DNA of 64,000 nucleotides from Patescibacteria group bacterium UBA1406 (GTDB lineage: Bacteria > Patescibacteriota > Microgenomatia > UBA1406). Position numbers and translations under genes: made by a program. Location of the stretch: contig DBQA01000007.1 of NCBI GenBank assembly GCA_002305675.1, positions 110,653 through 174,652 of the forward strand. Reading direction: 5' to 3'. Each line of letters begins with the position of its first letter. The first letter of the stretch is position 1. Positions 7,365 through 15,317 of the stretch are shown in pieces. The notes below the pieces were generated by a model that was not told the origin of the DNA, did no database searches, and worked only from the letters and a program-made list of their open reading frames with translations.

Positions 7365-8567
7365 ATGCCCGACAAGGAAAAATCACGATCGGAAACCAGG
7401 CTGCGGCTGGCAGCGCTCGGCTTGCTGGGGGTGGCTGTCCTCTCAGCCTGCAGCCTCCTCGAGGCACCGGCCACACCCACCCCGGCAGAAGCATATCTGT
7501 CAGTTACTAATACGCCATTGATTACCCCGCTCCCCCCCACCCTGACCCCGATACCTTCCCCCACGCCACTCCCTGAAACATTGCCGCCACCCTCCGGCCA
7601 GCCATGGGAGATCCGTTCTGTATCCTCCATGAAATACACTAAGGATGTGATCTGCGCCCCGGACCGTCCGGACCATGATTGGGTGGGCAGATGGATGGAC
7701 GCCATGACCGGCCTGAATCTCAATTATGTGTCCATCGAGCAGCCTTATGACAGTCCTGATTGCGGGGATGCCCTCGGCTACACCCGAATGTGGGTTGACG
7801 AGGCAAGGGCGAGAGGCTTCAACGTCTGGCACCGGCATATGCCCCTCCAGTTTGAAGGGATATATGATACGGTCAAAGATCCCCAGGCCAACTACCTGTC
7901 CCTGATCGCAGACTATATCATCTCAAACCCCTCTTTTTTCCGGGCCGGGGATATTTTCACCCCTGTTCCCGAGCCACAGAACGGAGGGATTCGGGGCGTC
8001 ACCTATTGCCCTCAGGATATCTGCATCTTCGATGACGCGGCCGAGTTTAACCGCTTTCTCCGGGAAGCCATCCTCGTTTCCAAAGAGGCCTTCCAGGAGA
8101 TCGGTCTGGACGGCAGTATCAAGATAGGCTATTACGGCTTTGACGGTTTTATCACCGGCGGGTTGCATAACCCGGACTGGCAGGGAAAAAGTTTCCTGGA
8201 ACCGGAAACGGTGGCGGCCATGGACGGCATCATCGCCATCGACCACTACCCGCCGCCGGACGGGTCCATGGACGAAGACCTGCGGACCCTGAGAGAGGTT
8301 TGGCCCGATGCCCGGTATGTCATCTCGGAATACGGGGCCATCCACGAAGGTGATCCGGTCGGACAGATCGATGATGCCTTCACCGCCTTTCAGGATCACG
8401 GCGTCCTCGGGGTAAATTACTGGCATGGGGGGCCGGGCGGTAACGAAGGGCTCTTGAATCCGGATATGACCCCGAACGACGCCTATTATGCTGTCCAGAA
8501 ATATTTTACGGGTTTGAAATCCGGTCTTTTCCGGATGCTGTCGCGCCAATCATTCGCCCATCACTGA
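7365..8567 (+). CDS. Lipoprotein with Pro/Thr linker and TIM-barrel glycoside-hydrolase-like domain (clan GH-A-like, tentative)
   Basis: Lipobox-like LGVAVLSAC, then a PTPxP linker. Domain motifs NVWHRH, VPEPQNGG (NEP-like acid/base region) and VISEYGA (nucleophile-like). Confidence 0.45.
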   Translation: MPDKEKSRSETRLRLAALGLLGVAVLSACSLLEAPATPTPAEAYLSVTNTPLITPLPPTLTPIPSPTPLPETLPPPSGQPWEIRSVSSMKYTKDVICAPDRPDHDWVGRWMDAMTGLNLNYVSIEQPYDSPDCGDALGYTRMWVDEARARGFNVWHRHMPLQFEGIYDTVKDPQANYLSLIADYIISNPSFFRAGDIFTPVPEPQNGGIRGVTYCPQDICIFDDAAEFNRFLREAILVSKEAFQEIGLDGSIKIGYYGFDGFITGGLHNPDWQGKSFLEPETVAAMDGIIAIDHYPPPDGSMDEDLRTLREVWPDARYVISEYGAIHEGDPVGQIDDAFTAFQDHGVLGVNYWHGGPGGNEGLLNPDMTPNDAYYAVQKYFTGLKSGLFRMLSRQSFAHH

Positions 8568-9146
8568 GTAAACTACCGTCCGGTCGGAATAATTTTGGTT
8601 GGAGTTGTCGAACACGCCCTCGCACGTGATCAGGTTGAGCATTCTCTCCTCGCTCGGTCCGAATATTTCGGCCAGGGGCACCCGATCAAACGGGAATATC
8701 TCTACCCCGGTGACGATAAATCTCAACTCATTGCCCTCCTCATCATAAACATAGATCTCGTCGCCGGAGGTCAGTTCCTTGAGCCGGTAAAAGACGGCCG
8801 TGCCACCATAGGCTGTATCCAAGTGCCCGGCCATAACGGCATTCCCCTTTTCACCGGGCCGGTATCCAAGCTCGAACCAGCCTACATTATCAAAGTCTTT
8901 TGGCACATCCATCTTCCCCTCCGTATCCAGACCAACGAACTCCATCTGGGCATCCACCCCAATACTTGGAATACTGATTCTAACGGGAAGCCCCGCCGGC
9001 TCTTCCGCCTCGGTCAGGACTTCCGCCTCTCTGGTCGTCGGGGCGGTGGTCACCGATCCCGTTGCCGGGTAAAATACCCCTAGCGCAACAATGAACCCCG
9101 CCAGAGAACCTGCTATGATGAATAGTCCAATCCCCAGTTTTCTCAT
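8550..9146 (-). CDS. Sortase (class F-like transpeptidase)
   Basis: 198 aa. N-terminal TM, ISIPSIGVDA, NAVMAGHLD (catalytic His), LNLITCEG (TLxTC-like Cys) and RTVVYS (Arg). Confidence 0.8.
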   Translation of the reverse strand: MRKLGIGLFIIAGSLAGFIVALGVFYPATGSVTTAPTTREAEVLTEAEEPAGLPVRISIPSIGVDAQMEFVGLDTEGKMDVPKDFDNVGWFELGYRPGEKGNAVMAGHLDTAYGGTAVFYRLKELTSGDEIYVYDEEGNELRFIVTGVEIFPFDRVPLAEIFGPSEERMLNLITCEGVFDNSNQNYSDRTVVYSVMGE

Positions 9147-9182
9147 CTTTTTCAGCGCACTTTATTCAAGGTGCCTATTTTA

Positions 9183-9350
9183 TCACTTTGCCATCCCGGT
9201 CTGAGGTGCTCCTTGAGGAACTGTCCTGGTCGGGGTGGGGGTGGCATCGTCATCTCTGGGGGTTGGTGTTTGTGCCAGCGCACCCTGGCCGACAACCGCG
9301 AGCGTCATCAAAAAGGCCATGAGCGCTGCTATCATTCCGCTCTTGATCAT
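9183..9350 (-). CDS. Unannotated 55-aa secreted Thr/Pro-rich peptide
   Basis: Below the ORF-track size cut-off. My translation: MIKSGMIAALMAFLMTLAVVGQGALAQTPTPRDDDATPTPTRTVPQGAPQTGMAK*. Has a signal-peptide-like N-terminus with an ALA-Q site and GAGGAG 10 nt upstream. Lies 36 nt upstream of the sortase on the same strand. Confidence 0.4.
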   Translation of the reverse strand: MIKSGMIAALMAFLMTLAVVGQGALAQTPTPRDDDATPTPTRTVPQGAPQTGMAK

Positions 9351-9379
9351 ACTTTTTCATCTCCTCACTTCATCATAAC

Positions 9380-9407
9380 TTGTAACGGCGTCTGCCCACT
9401 TTATGAT
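9380..9407 (+). promoter_or_regulatory. Candidate promoter TTGTAA-N16-TATGAT
   Basis: Sits in the 170-nt divergent intergenic region and would give a ~110-nt leader for the GlsB-like gene. Confidence 0.3.
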
Positions 9408-9520
9408 TTGGCAGTTAGAAAGGGTTCAAAACCATGTAATAAAGAAGTAAAGGAAGTTTACAGAGACATTATTCCTTTTTTACATCCACCCGACAGGTTT
9501 TTGGTAGTCTGGAAACGTAA

Positions 9521-9799
9521 ATGAGAATTGAATGGATATGGTTTTTTCTGATAGGCCTCCTGGTCGGATGGTTTGCCAGCTTGCTGTTCATCCCGCAGGC
9601 CAGAAGATACGGTTCGTTGGCTCTTTTCGTGCTGACTGTGATCGGCGCCGTCGCCGGCGGTTTGGCCGGGCAGCGCATCAGCCTGGATAACCCTATGGTG
9701 GTGTCGTTGCTGATGTCTGTTCTGGGGGCGGTGTTTCTGGTATTGATCGTAGGGGCAGTCCTGGTCTTCATCTCCCCGCCGTCCTCAGACGGAAGATAA
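9521..9799 (+). CDS. GlsB/YeaQ/YmgE-family (transglycosylase-associated) small membrane protein
   Basis: 92 aa with three glycine-rich TM segments (WFFLIGLLVGWFA, VIGAVAGGLAG, LGAVFLVLIVGA). Confidence 0.65.
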   Translation: MRIEWIWFFLIGLLVGWFASLLFIPQARRYGSLALFVLTVIGAVAGGLAGQRISLDNPMVVSLLMSVLGAVFLVLIVGAVLVFISPPSSDGR

Positions 9800-9824
9800 A
9801 CAGTATAAGTTACAGATAAATAAC

Positions 9825-10004
9825 ATGGGCGACAACAACACCCGCAATCCCACCAAAGGCGGTAAGGTGCCGGCAGTGGAAACACCTCAGAACCGCGACG
9901 AGAAGGATATCAGCGGCCATATGCCCGAGCCTGATGCCGACGATAACGTACTGGACAACGCCCGGGAGGTCGGGTTGTATGACGAGGGAAATGAGGAAGA
10001 ATAG
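9825..10004 (+). CDS. Unannotated 59-aa acidic hydrophilic protein (hypothetical)
   Basis: Below the track cut-off. My translation: MGDNNTRNPTKGGKVPAVETPQNRDEKDISGHMPEPDADDNVLDNAREVGLYDEGNEEE*. It fills an otherwise empty gap in a densely coded region. Confidence 0.35.
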   Translation: MGDNNTRNPTKGGKVPAVETPQNRDEKDISGHMPEPDADDNVLDNAREVGLYDEGNEEE

Positions 10005-10013
10005 ACGGGCAAT

Positions 10014-10571
10014 CTACTTGATGAATTTGCCGATATAGTAGTCCGTTAGCTTAAGCTTTTTAAGCGCTTGCCGGATCTCGGCCGCCGTCTTTCCTTCCTG
10101 TGAGAATTTCTTTACCAGTCCCTCCACCGTCTCCCGTCCTTCGTAGGGAAAAATTATCCATTTGTCTATCTCCTCCACATAATAATCGGGAGTGAATTTG
10201 GTCCAGGGTTTGGTAAAAAGGGAGGCGGTCCTGATCGTACGGGCCCCGATATCCTTCAGATATTTTATCCCCCGCTCGAAGGTCTTGCCGGTATCGGATA
10301 TGTCGTCCACCAGGAGGATTTTTTTATCGTGCAGACGGTTGCCGATCTTGAAGGTCACCTCCACCGTCTCCTGCTGTTGCAGATCACGATAGCTGGAAAT
10401 AGTGAAGGTGGTGATGGGCAGCTTCAGGAAGTCGCTCAGGATGTGGGAAATGGTCAGCCCGCCCCTGGCCACAGCCACGATCAGATCATAATCATTCTCC
10501 TTTTCGATCATTTCGGCCAGACGGGAAACATAGCGGTGGAATTCATACCAATCCAGGGAGAAGAATTGCAT
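10014..10571 (-). CDS. Purine phosphoribosyltransferase (type I PRTase)
   Basis: PRPP-binding loop KKILLVDDISDTGKTF, plus VAVARGGL. Confidence 0.85.
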   Translation of the reverse strand: MQFFSLDWYEFHRYVSRLAEMIEKENDYDLIVAVARGGLTISHILSDFLKLPITTFTISSYRDLQQQETVEVTFKIGNRLHDKKILLVDDISDTGKTFERGIKYLKDIGARTIRTASLFTKPWTKFTPDYYVEEIDKWIIFPYEGRETVEGLVKKFSQEGKTAAEIRQALKKLKLTDYYIGKFIK

Positions 10572-10577
10572 AGCTCA

Positions 10578-10606
10578 AATTTACCAAGAGAGGCGCTATT
10601 AGTCAA
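10578..10606 (-). promoter_or_regulatory. Promoter TTGACT-N17-TAAATT placed 6 nt from the PRTase ATG (leaderless architecture)
   Basis: Minus strand: TTGACT (10606..10601), 17-nt spacer, TAAATT (10583..10578), TGAGCT, ATG at 10571. No SD. Confidence 0.5.
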
Positions 10607-10631
10607 TTTATTTGGTAAAATAATCTACACT

Positions 10632-10708
10632 CGGGGTGTAGTTCAGATGGCTAGAACGTACGCATGGGGTGCGTAAGGTCGCCGGTTCAAGTCCGGCCAC
10701 CCCGACCA
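10632..10708 (+). tRNA. tRNA-Pro (GGG)
   Basis: Hand-folded cloverleaf: CGGGGTG/CACCCCG acceptor (C1:G72, typical of bacterial tRNA-Pro), GTTC/GAAC D stem, TACGC-ATGGGGT-GCGTA anticodon arm, GCCGG-TTCAAGT-CCGGC T arm. CCA is encoded. Confidence 0.92.
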
Positions 10709-10714
10709 AAGCAC

Positions 10715-11524
10715 ATGAAAATCAGGCCTGTCAGCGAAAACGAAGCCGATGCGGCTACCGCCGCCATTTACCGCGGGCTTCGGGAGGCCATGGGACTGCC
10801 TCACATCCCCCTGTTCTTCCAATACCTCGGAGCCTTTCCCGAATACCTTGCCTACCTGAACGGACAGATCCTGGACAACCTTAAAGATAAAGAGTTCCAC
10901 AGGCTTGTCTCCGAGAACGGCGAATTCGTCCGGGAAACCCTGGCCGGGAATTTTCCCAAAGGCCAGGCAGCCCAGGAATTCTTGGAAAGACATATCCATT
11001 CCCCAGAACTACACAACCTCAGAGCTGACCTGCGGCATATTGCCGCTGTCAACGGAAAACTTGCCTTCATTTTTATCGGCCTCCGGGAGGCGGTGAAGGG
11101 CTGGGCTGTTGCTGCCAAAAAGCTGCCGGACATGAAGAATCGGCCGGCCGAGTACCAGGAGTGGGAAAATCTCCGCCAGAATTTCGTCTATGGAACGGAA
11201 CTTGTCGTTCCCTCCCGGTATTTGGTCCGGACAGGCAGCCGGGCTATCTCACCATCGCTCCTTGGAAAGTATCTGTCTATCTGTCGGGCGGACTTTGAAT
11301 TACTTCTGAAAAACGAGCGACTATTGTTCTTCAGGGTAGAGCTCGAAAAGATCATCCTGAAAAACCTGGAACTCATGCCACACCGGATATTCTCACCCAT
11401 CAATGTGGTCCTGAAGCTGACAAAGGTCTATCCCGAATTCCCGGACCTCATCTACCTCCTTTCTGAACACTTTCCCACCTATGCCATGCAGCGGCTGCTT
11501 TTCACAAGCTGGATTATTTATTGA
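10715..11524 (+). CDS. Hypothetical protein, possibly DehI-like two-repeat fold
   Basis: Start moved to the ATG at 10715, because the track ORF N-terminus runs through tRNA-Pro. The N-terminal PVSENEADAATAAIYRGLREAMGLPHIPLFFQYLGAFPEYL resembles the DehI family, and a second similar half sits near the C-terminus. Weak recall-based call. Confidence 0.4.
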   Translation: MKIRPVSENEADAATAAIYRGLREAMGLPHIPLFFQYLGAFPEYLAYLNGQILDNLKDKEFHRLVSENGEFVRETLAGNFPKGQAAQEFLERHIHSPELHNLRADLRHIAAVNGKLAFIFIGLREAVKGWAVAAKKLPDMKNRPAEYQEWENLRQNFVYGTELVVPSRYLVRTGSRAISPSLLGKYLSICRADFELLLKNERLLFFRVELEKIILKNLELMPHRIFSPINVVLKLTKVYPEFPDLIYLLSEHFPTYAMQRLLFTSWIIY

Positions 11525-11543
11525 AATTTGTTACACTCCTAAA

Positions 11544-12224
11544 ATGGCCATAAACAAAGAAAAAGCTGCCAAAGCTAAAAAAACCGTTAAAAAATCCACG
11601 CCCGCCGTTCCCCAACCGGAACCGGTCAAAGCACCCCCGTCCCGAAGGATACCCAGGGGACTGATGGTGGTGGTGGCCGTCTTCCTGCTCCTTGGTCTGG
11701 CCTTTGTTGTCAGGCGTTACCTGATTGCGGCTAAGGTCACCGACCGCTACATCTCCCGGCTCACCGTCATCCGAGAACTCGAGAAACAGGGCGGCAAGCA
11801 GGTCCTTGATTCCCTCATCGTCAAAACCCTCATCATGCAGGAGGCAAATAAAAAAGAGGTCAATGTTTCCGGCAAAGAGGTGGAGGATGAGATCAAGGGC
11901 ATCGAGGCAGAACTGAAACAACAGGGCAGGAACCTGGAAGACACCCTGCTCTTACAGGGGATGACCCGGGAAAGTCTTAAGGAACAGATCTTAGTGCAGA
12001 AGACGCTGGAAAAGCTCCTGGCAGACAAGATCAGGGTTTCGGACAAAGAGGTGGAAGATTTTATCAGCGAAAACCAGGCAGAGCTGCCTGAGGGACTGAC
12101 AGATGCCGAACTCCGTTCCCAGGCCAAGGAACAGCTGAAAAATCAGAAGCTGAACGACGAAGCACAAAAACTCCTACAGGACTTGAGAAACCGTGCTGAA
12201 ATCCAGTATTTCCTAAATTACTAA
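11544..12224 (+). CDS. Membrane-anchored SurA-N-terminal-domain chaperone-like protein (no PPIase domain seen)
   Basis: Start at the ATG at 11544 (MAINKEK). Lys-rich tail, one TM, then VLDSLIVKTLIMQEA...VSGKEVEDEI...LKEQILVQKTLEKLL, typical of SurA_N/PpiD-like domains. Confidence 0.55.
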   Translation: MAINKEKAAKAKKTVKKSTPAVPQPEPVKAPPSRRIPRGLMVVVAVFLLLGLAFVVRRYLIAAKVTDRYISRLTVIRELEKQGGKQVLDSLIVKTLIMQEANKKEVNVSGKEVEDEIKGIEAELKQQGRNLEDTLLLQGMTRESLKEQILVQKTLEKLLADKIRVSDKEVEDFISENQAELPEGLTDAELRSQAKEQLKNQKLNDEAQKLLQDLRNRAEIQYFLNY

Positions 12225-12258
12225 GGCCCTTGCATAGCTCCAACTGCTTCCCGACGCC

Positions 12259-12287
12259 TTGTAATCCGGGGTCAAATAGGTTATACT
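12259..12287 (+). promoter_or_regulatory. Promoter TTGTAA-N17-TATACT for tRNA-Met
   Basis: TTGTAA at 12259-12264, 17-nt spacer, TATACT at 12282-12287. The tRNA 5' end lies 12 nt downstream. Confidence 0.5.
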
Positions 12288-12299
12288 AGGTGAAACTAG

Positions 12300-12371
12300 T
12301 GCGGGGTAGTGTACGGCGCACAAAAGGCTCATAACCTTTTAGGCTGGGTTCGACTCCCAGCCCCGCAACCA
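12300..12371 (+). tRNA. tRNA with CAT anticodon (elongator Met, or Ile2 if lysidine-modified)
   Basis: Anticodon arm AAAGG-CTCATAA-CCTTT, T arm CTGGG-TTCGACT-CCCAG, acceptor TGCGGGG/CCCCGCA (U1:A72), compact D arm, CCA encoded. Lacks the three G-C pairs of initiator tRNA. Confidence 0.8.
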
Positions 12372-12408
12372 AAAAAATACGGCCCGAATTACGTATATAA
12401 TTAAGGCT

Positions 12409-13341
12409 ATGAAGAACTTTCTCTTGACGGTGGTTGTCCCCGTCCATAACGAAGAGGACAATGTTATCCCGTTACTCGACCGGCTGGTTCCCGTGATCGG
12501 GAAATACGATTACGAGATCGTCTTTGTGGACGACGGGTCCACCGACCAGACCTTGGCCAAATTGAAACAGGCGGCTAAGATTAATCCCCGTTTGCGTCTT
12601 TTATCCTTCACCCGCAATTTTGGCCATCAGAATGCCCTGAGCTGTGGCTACAAGCACGCCCAGGGAAACTGTGTCGTGACCATAGATGCCGACCTCCAGG
12701 ACCCGCCGGAGATAATTGACAAAATGATCTCCAAGTGGCAAAACGGGGCCGACATAGTTTATGCCAGGCGGAAAAAAAGAGAGGACGGATTTTTCAAGCG
12801 ACTGACAGCTTACGGCTTCTACCGTTTCATCAATTTCCTGTCCGACACCAAGATCCCGACCGATATCGGTGACTTTCGGCTGCAGGACAAAAAAGTCAAC
12901 CGGTTCCTGGCAGAACTCCCGGAGCACAACAAATTCCTGCGGGGTTTGGTAGCCTGGGGAGGGTTCCGCGAAGCCACCGTGGAATTCGACCGTGACAGAA
13001 GGCACGCCGGCGTCACCCACTACAACTTCTCCAAGATGCTGAACTTCGCCCTCGACGGTATCATCTCCTTCTCCACGAAACCCTTGCGGATAGCTACCTA
13101 TATCGGCTTCTGGGCGTCCATTTTCGGGTTTTTGGGCATACTCTATGCGGTCTACCGCCGCTTTTTCCTGCCCCATGATTACTGGGTCACCGGCTGGACC
13201 GCCCTTTTCGTAGCCATCCTTTTCCTGGGCGGTACCCAGCTCATCACCATCGGTATCATCGGCGAATACATCGGTAAAATATACCGGGAGGTCCAGAACC
13301 GTCCGCCTTACCTTCTCAAAGAGAAAGTGAACATCAAATGA
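12409..13341 (+). CDS. GT2 polyprenyl-phosphate glycosyltransferase (ArnC/GtrB/DPM1-like, two C-terminal TMs)
   Basis: Motifs VVVPVHNEEDNV, VFVDDGSTDQT and DADLQDPPE. The C-terminal hydrophobic pair is typical of GtrB/ArnC. Confidence 0.85.
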   Translation: MKNFLLTVVVPVHNEEDNVIPLLDRLVPVIGKYDYEIVFVDDGSTDQTLAKLKQAAKINPRLRLLSFTRNFGHQNALSCGYKHAQGNCVVTIDADLQDPPEIIDKMISKWQNGADIVYARRKKREDGFFKRLTAYGFYRFINFLSDTKIPTDIGDFRLQDKKVNRFLAELPEHNKFLRGLVAWGGFREATVEFDRDRRHAGVTHYNFSKMLNFALDGIISFSTKPLRIATYIGFWASIFGFLGILYAVYRRFFLPHDYWVTGWTALFVAILFLGGTQLITIGIIGEYIGKIYREVQNRPPYLLKEKVNIK

Positions 13342-13345
13342 CGTC

Positions 13346-13825
13346 TTGCCGCATATGGATAAAGCCGAATTTTTTACCAATCTCCAAGAGAACACCAAAA
13401 AGCATCTCCACCAAAAACCGGTGGTCCTGGTCGGGGGCTGCTTCGACCTTCTGCACTACGGGCATTTGAAATTCCTGCAGGCCGCCAAAAAGGCCGGCCG
13501 CACCCTGGTGATCGCCCTAGAGCCGGACGAGTTCATCCGGAAGAGCAAACGGCGGGAACCGGTCCATACACAGGTACAGAGACAGGAGGTGCTTTCGAAC
13601 CTTTCCTTTGTCGATCATGTCATTCCCCTGCCTTATCTGTCCTCATACGATGATTATTTCCGGCTGGTCGATATCGTCAAGCCGGATATAATAGCCACCA
13701 CCGAGGGAGACCCGCAGGTTTCCAACAAGGAAAAACAGGCCAAGGCCATCGGGGCGAAGATAAAAACTGTATCTTCCCTCATTCCCGGCTTTTCCTCCTC
13801 CGCCATCATCCAGAAACTGGAGTAA
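13346..13825 (+). CDS. Cytidylyl/adenylyltransferase-fold nucleotidyltransferase (RfaE domain II / TagD-like)
   Basis: VVLVGGCFDLLHYGHLKFLQAAK (HxGH motif) and a VDHVIPL segment. Confidence 0.75.
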   Translation: MPHMDKAEFFTNLQENTKKHLHQKPVVLVGGCFDLLHYGHLKFLQAAKKAGRTLVIALEPDEFIRKSKRREPVHTQVQRQEVLSNLSFVDHVIPLPYLSSYDDYFRLVDIVKPDIIATTEGDPQVSNKEKQAKAIGAKIKTVSSLIPGFSSSAIIQKLE

Positions 13826-13881
13826 TTCCCTTGCCAACTTGCATCTTGCCAAATAGGCCACATTATGTCACAATAGTCTTA

Positions 13882-15300
13882 ATGAACTTTATCAGCATCC
13901 TGTACAATAAACTTCATTTACTGAAAATATCCAGTCCTTTAATCGGCAAGAAGAAAATCCACACCTCCTCCGTCACCATTCCCGCCTCCGAAGCCCGGAA
14001 CTTCAACATCGACGTCTGGGCCCTCCATTTCAAGAAGGCCCTGGAAAAGATGGCCGAGACCAAATTCACCAATTCAAAGGCCCAGCTTATCCTAGACCAG
14101 AGGTTTTGGAAGTTCATCCGGATAGAGATCCCGGCCGACATCCAGGACTCGGCCATGGAGCAGTTCCTGAAAGAAGAGCTCCAGGGCAAGGTAGCCGATT
14201 TCCAGGTCAACAGCCTGTACAAGTTTTACCTCGCCGAACACAAGGGCAAGAGAGTGGCCAATATTTTCATCCTCCCGAGAGCCGTCCTGACCGATATCGA
14301 AACTCTGCTTTCGTTCTACGATATCGACATCGACACCATTTATCCCGAGGCCGTCCTGATATTCAGGATATTCGAGCACACGCTCAACAAAAAGAAGGAG
14401 GAGACCGCCCTGTTCATGGAGTACGGGAACGAGCTTAGCACCGGTCTCCTGTTCGATAGCGCCGGTCTATACAAGGAAGAGCCCATTGTCATCGAATCGG
14501 ACAGCATCCGCAAAAGCCTGAAGGAGTTCAAGCTTGAGGAAACAAGCACCATTGCCCGGCTCATCCTGGGCGGGGAGATGTCCACCGGCATCAGGCAGGA
14601 CAACTTCACCAAGGACACCGGCCTCTGGACCAACCCGCTGGAAAAAGTACTCGACCACTCTAGTTACCGGCAATTTGCCCAAAAGCATGGCCTGGTCCCG
14701 AAGCTTCTCGAGTTCCACCGCGAGCTTTCGCTCCTCAAGGCTATCGAGGACAAGACGGCCGCCGAGATCTCTATCCCGGTCAAGGGCAGGAAGGACGTCC
14801 GGGCCCTCAACAACCTTTCCTTCCGCCGGCCTGCACCCAGGTCAGCTTCCCGCCTGTTAAGGAACGCCGTCTTCATCCTGGTTTCGTTCACCGCTACCTT
14901 TTTGCTGTTGAACCTTGCCCTCAGGAATATCGGGGCCATCAGGCTGCCGTCTTTCCGGACCGCCACTCCGACCCCAGTACCAACCCGGAGGCCGACGGCC
15001 GTACCGACGGTGGCAGTGGACAGGGCGGATGTCACCATCGACATCCAGAACGGCGTGGGCACACCTGGCCTGGCCAATTCCTTCAAGACGGAACTGACCG
15101 ACCTCGGCTATGCGGTCGGGACGGTCGGTAACGCAGAGAACTACGATTACGAGAACACCGTCATTATTGCCCCGGACAGGGCCACATTCAACCTGCTCAG
15201 GGAAGACCTGGGGGACTGGGGTGTATCCTCACCGGTCTACGAGAACACGAACGCAAGCCGGGTCACCATCATCATCGGCGCCGACCTGGACCTTCCGTAA
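13882..15300 (+). CDS. LytR_C domain membrane protein with large uncharacterised cytoplasmic N-terminal domain
   Basis: C-terminus VTIDIQNGVGTPGLANSFKTELTDLGYAVGTVGNAENYDYENTVII matches the LytR_C pattern, with a TM at VFILVSFTATFLLLNLAL. The ATG at 13882 is preferred (TGtCACAAT box 7 nt upstream). Confidence 0.65.
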   Translation: MNFISILYNKLHLLKISSPLIGKKKIHTSSVTIPASEARNFNIDVWALHFKKALEKMAETKFTNSKAQLILDQRFWKFIRIEIPADIQDSAMEQFLKEELQGKVADFQVNSLYKFYLAEHKGKRVANIFILPRAVLTDIETLLSFYDIDIDTIYPEAVLIFRIFEHTLNKKKEETALFMEYGNELSTGLLFDSAGLYKEEPIVIESDSIRKSLKEFKLEETSTIARLILGGEMSTGIRQDNFTKDTGLWTNPLEKVLDHSSYRQFAQKHGLVPKLLEFHRELSLLKAIEDKTAAEISIPVKGRKDVRALNNLSFRRPAPRSASRLLRNAVFILVSFTATFLLLNLALRNIGAIRLPSFRTATPTPVPTRRPTAVPTVAVDRADVTIDIQNGVGTPGLANSFKTELTDLGYAVGTVGNAENYDYENTVIIAPDRATFNLLREDLGDWGVSSPVYENTNASRVTIIIGADLDLP

Positions 15301-15317
15301 TATAGTAAAATATCCAC

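Noticed and set aside
9408-9520. Possible riboswitch/attenuator in the ~110-nt leader of the GlsB-like gene (AAGGAA-N16-TTCCTT followed by TTTT)
   Set aside because: It has only a 6-bp A/T-rich stem with a large loop, and I recognise no conserved riboswitch core. That is too weak to call.
9171-9524. 117-aa plus-strand ORF across the sortase/GlsB intergenic region
   Set aside because: It overlaps the better-supported minus-strand signal-peptide mini-ORF and the promoter region. It is Cys/Arg/Gly-rich and lacks protein-like features.
9825-10004. Whether the 59-aa acidic ORF is an antitoxin or regulatory partner of a neighbouring gene
   Set aside because: No toxin-like partner is adjacent and no motif is recognisable. 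It is kept only as a low-confidence hypothetical CDS.
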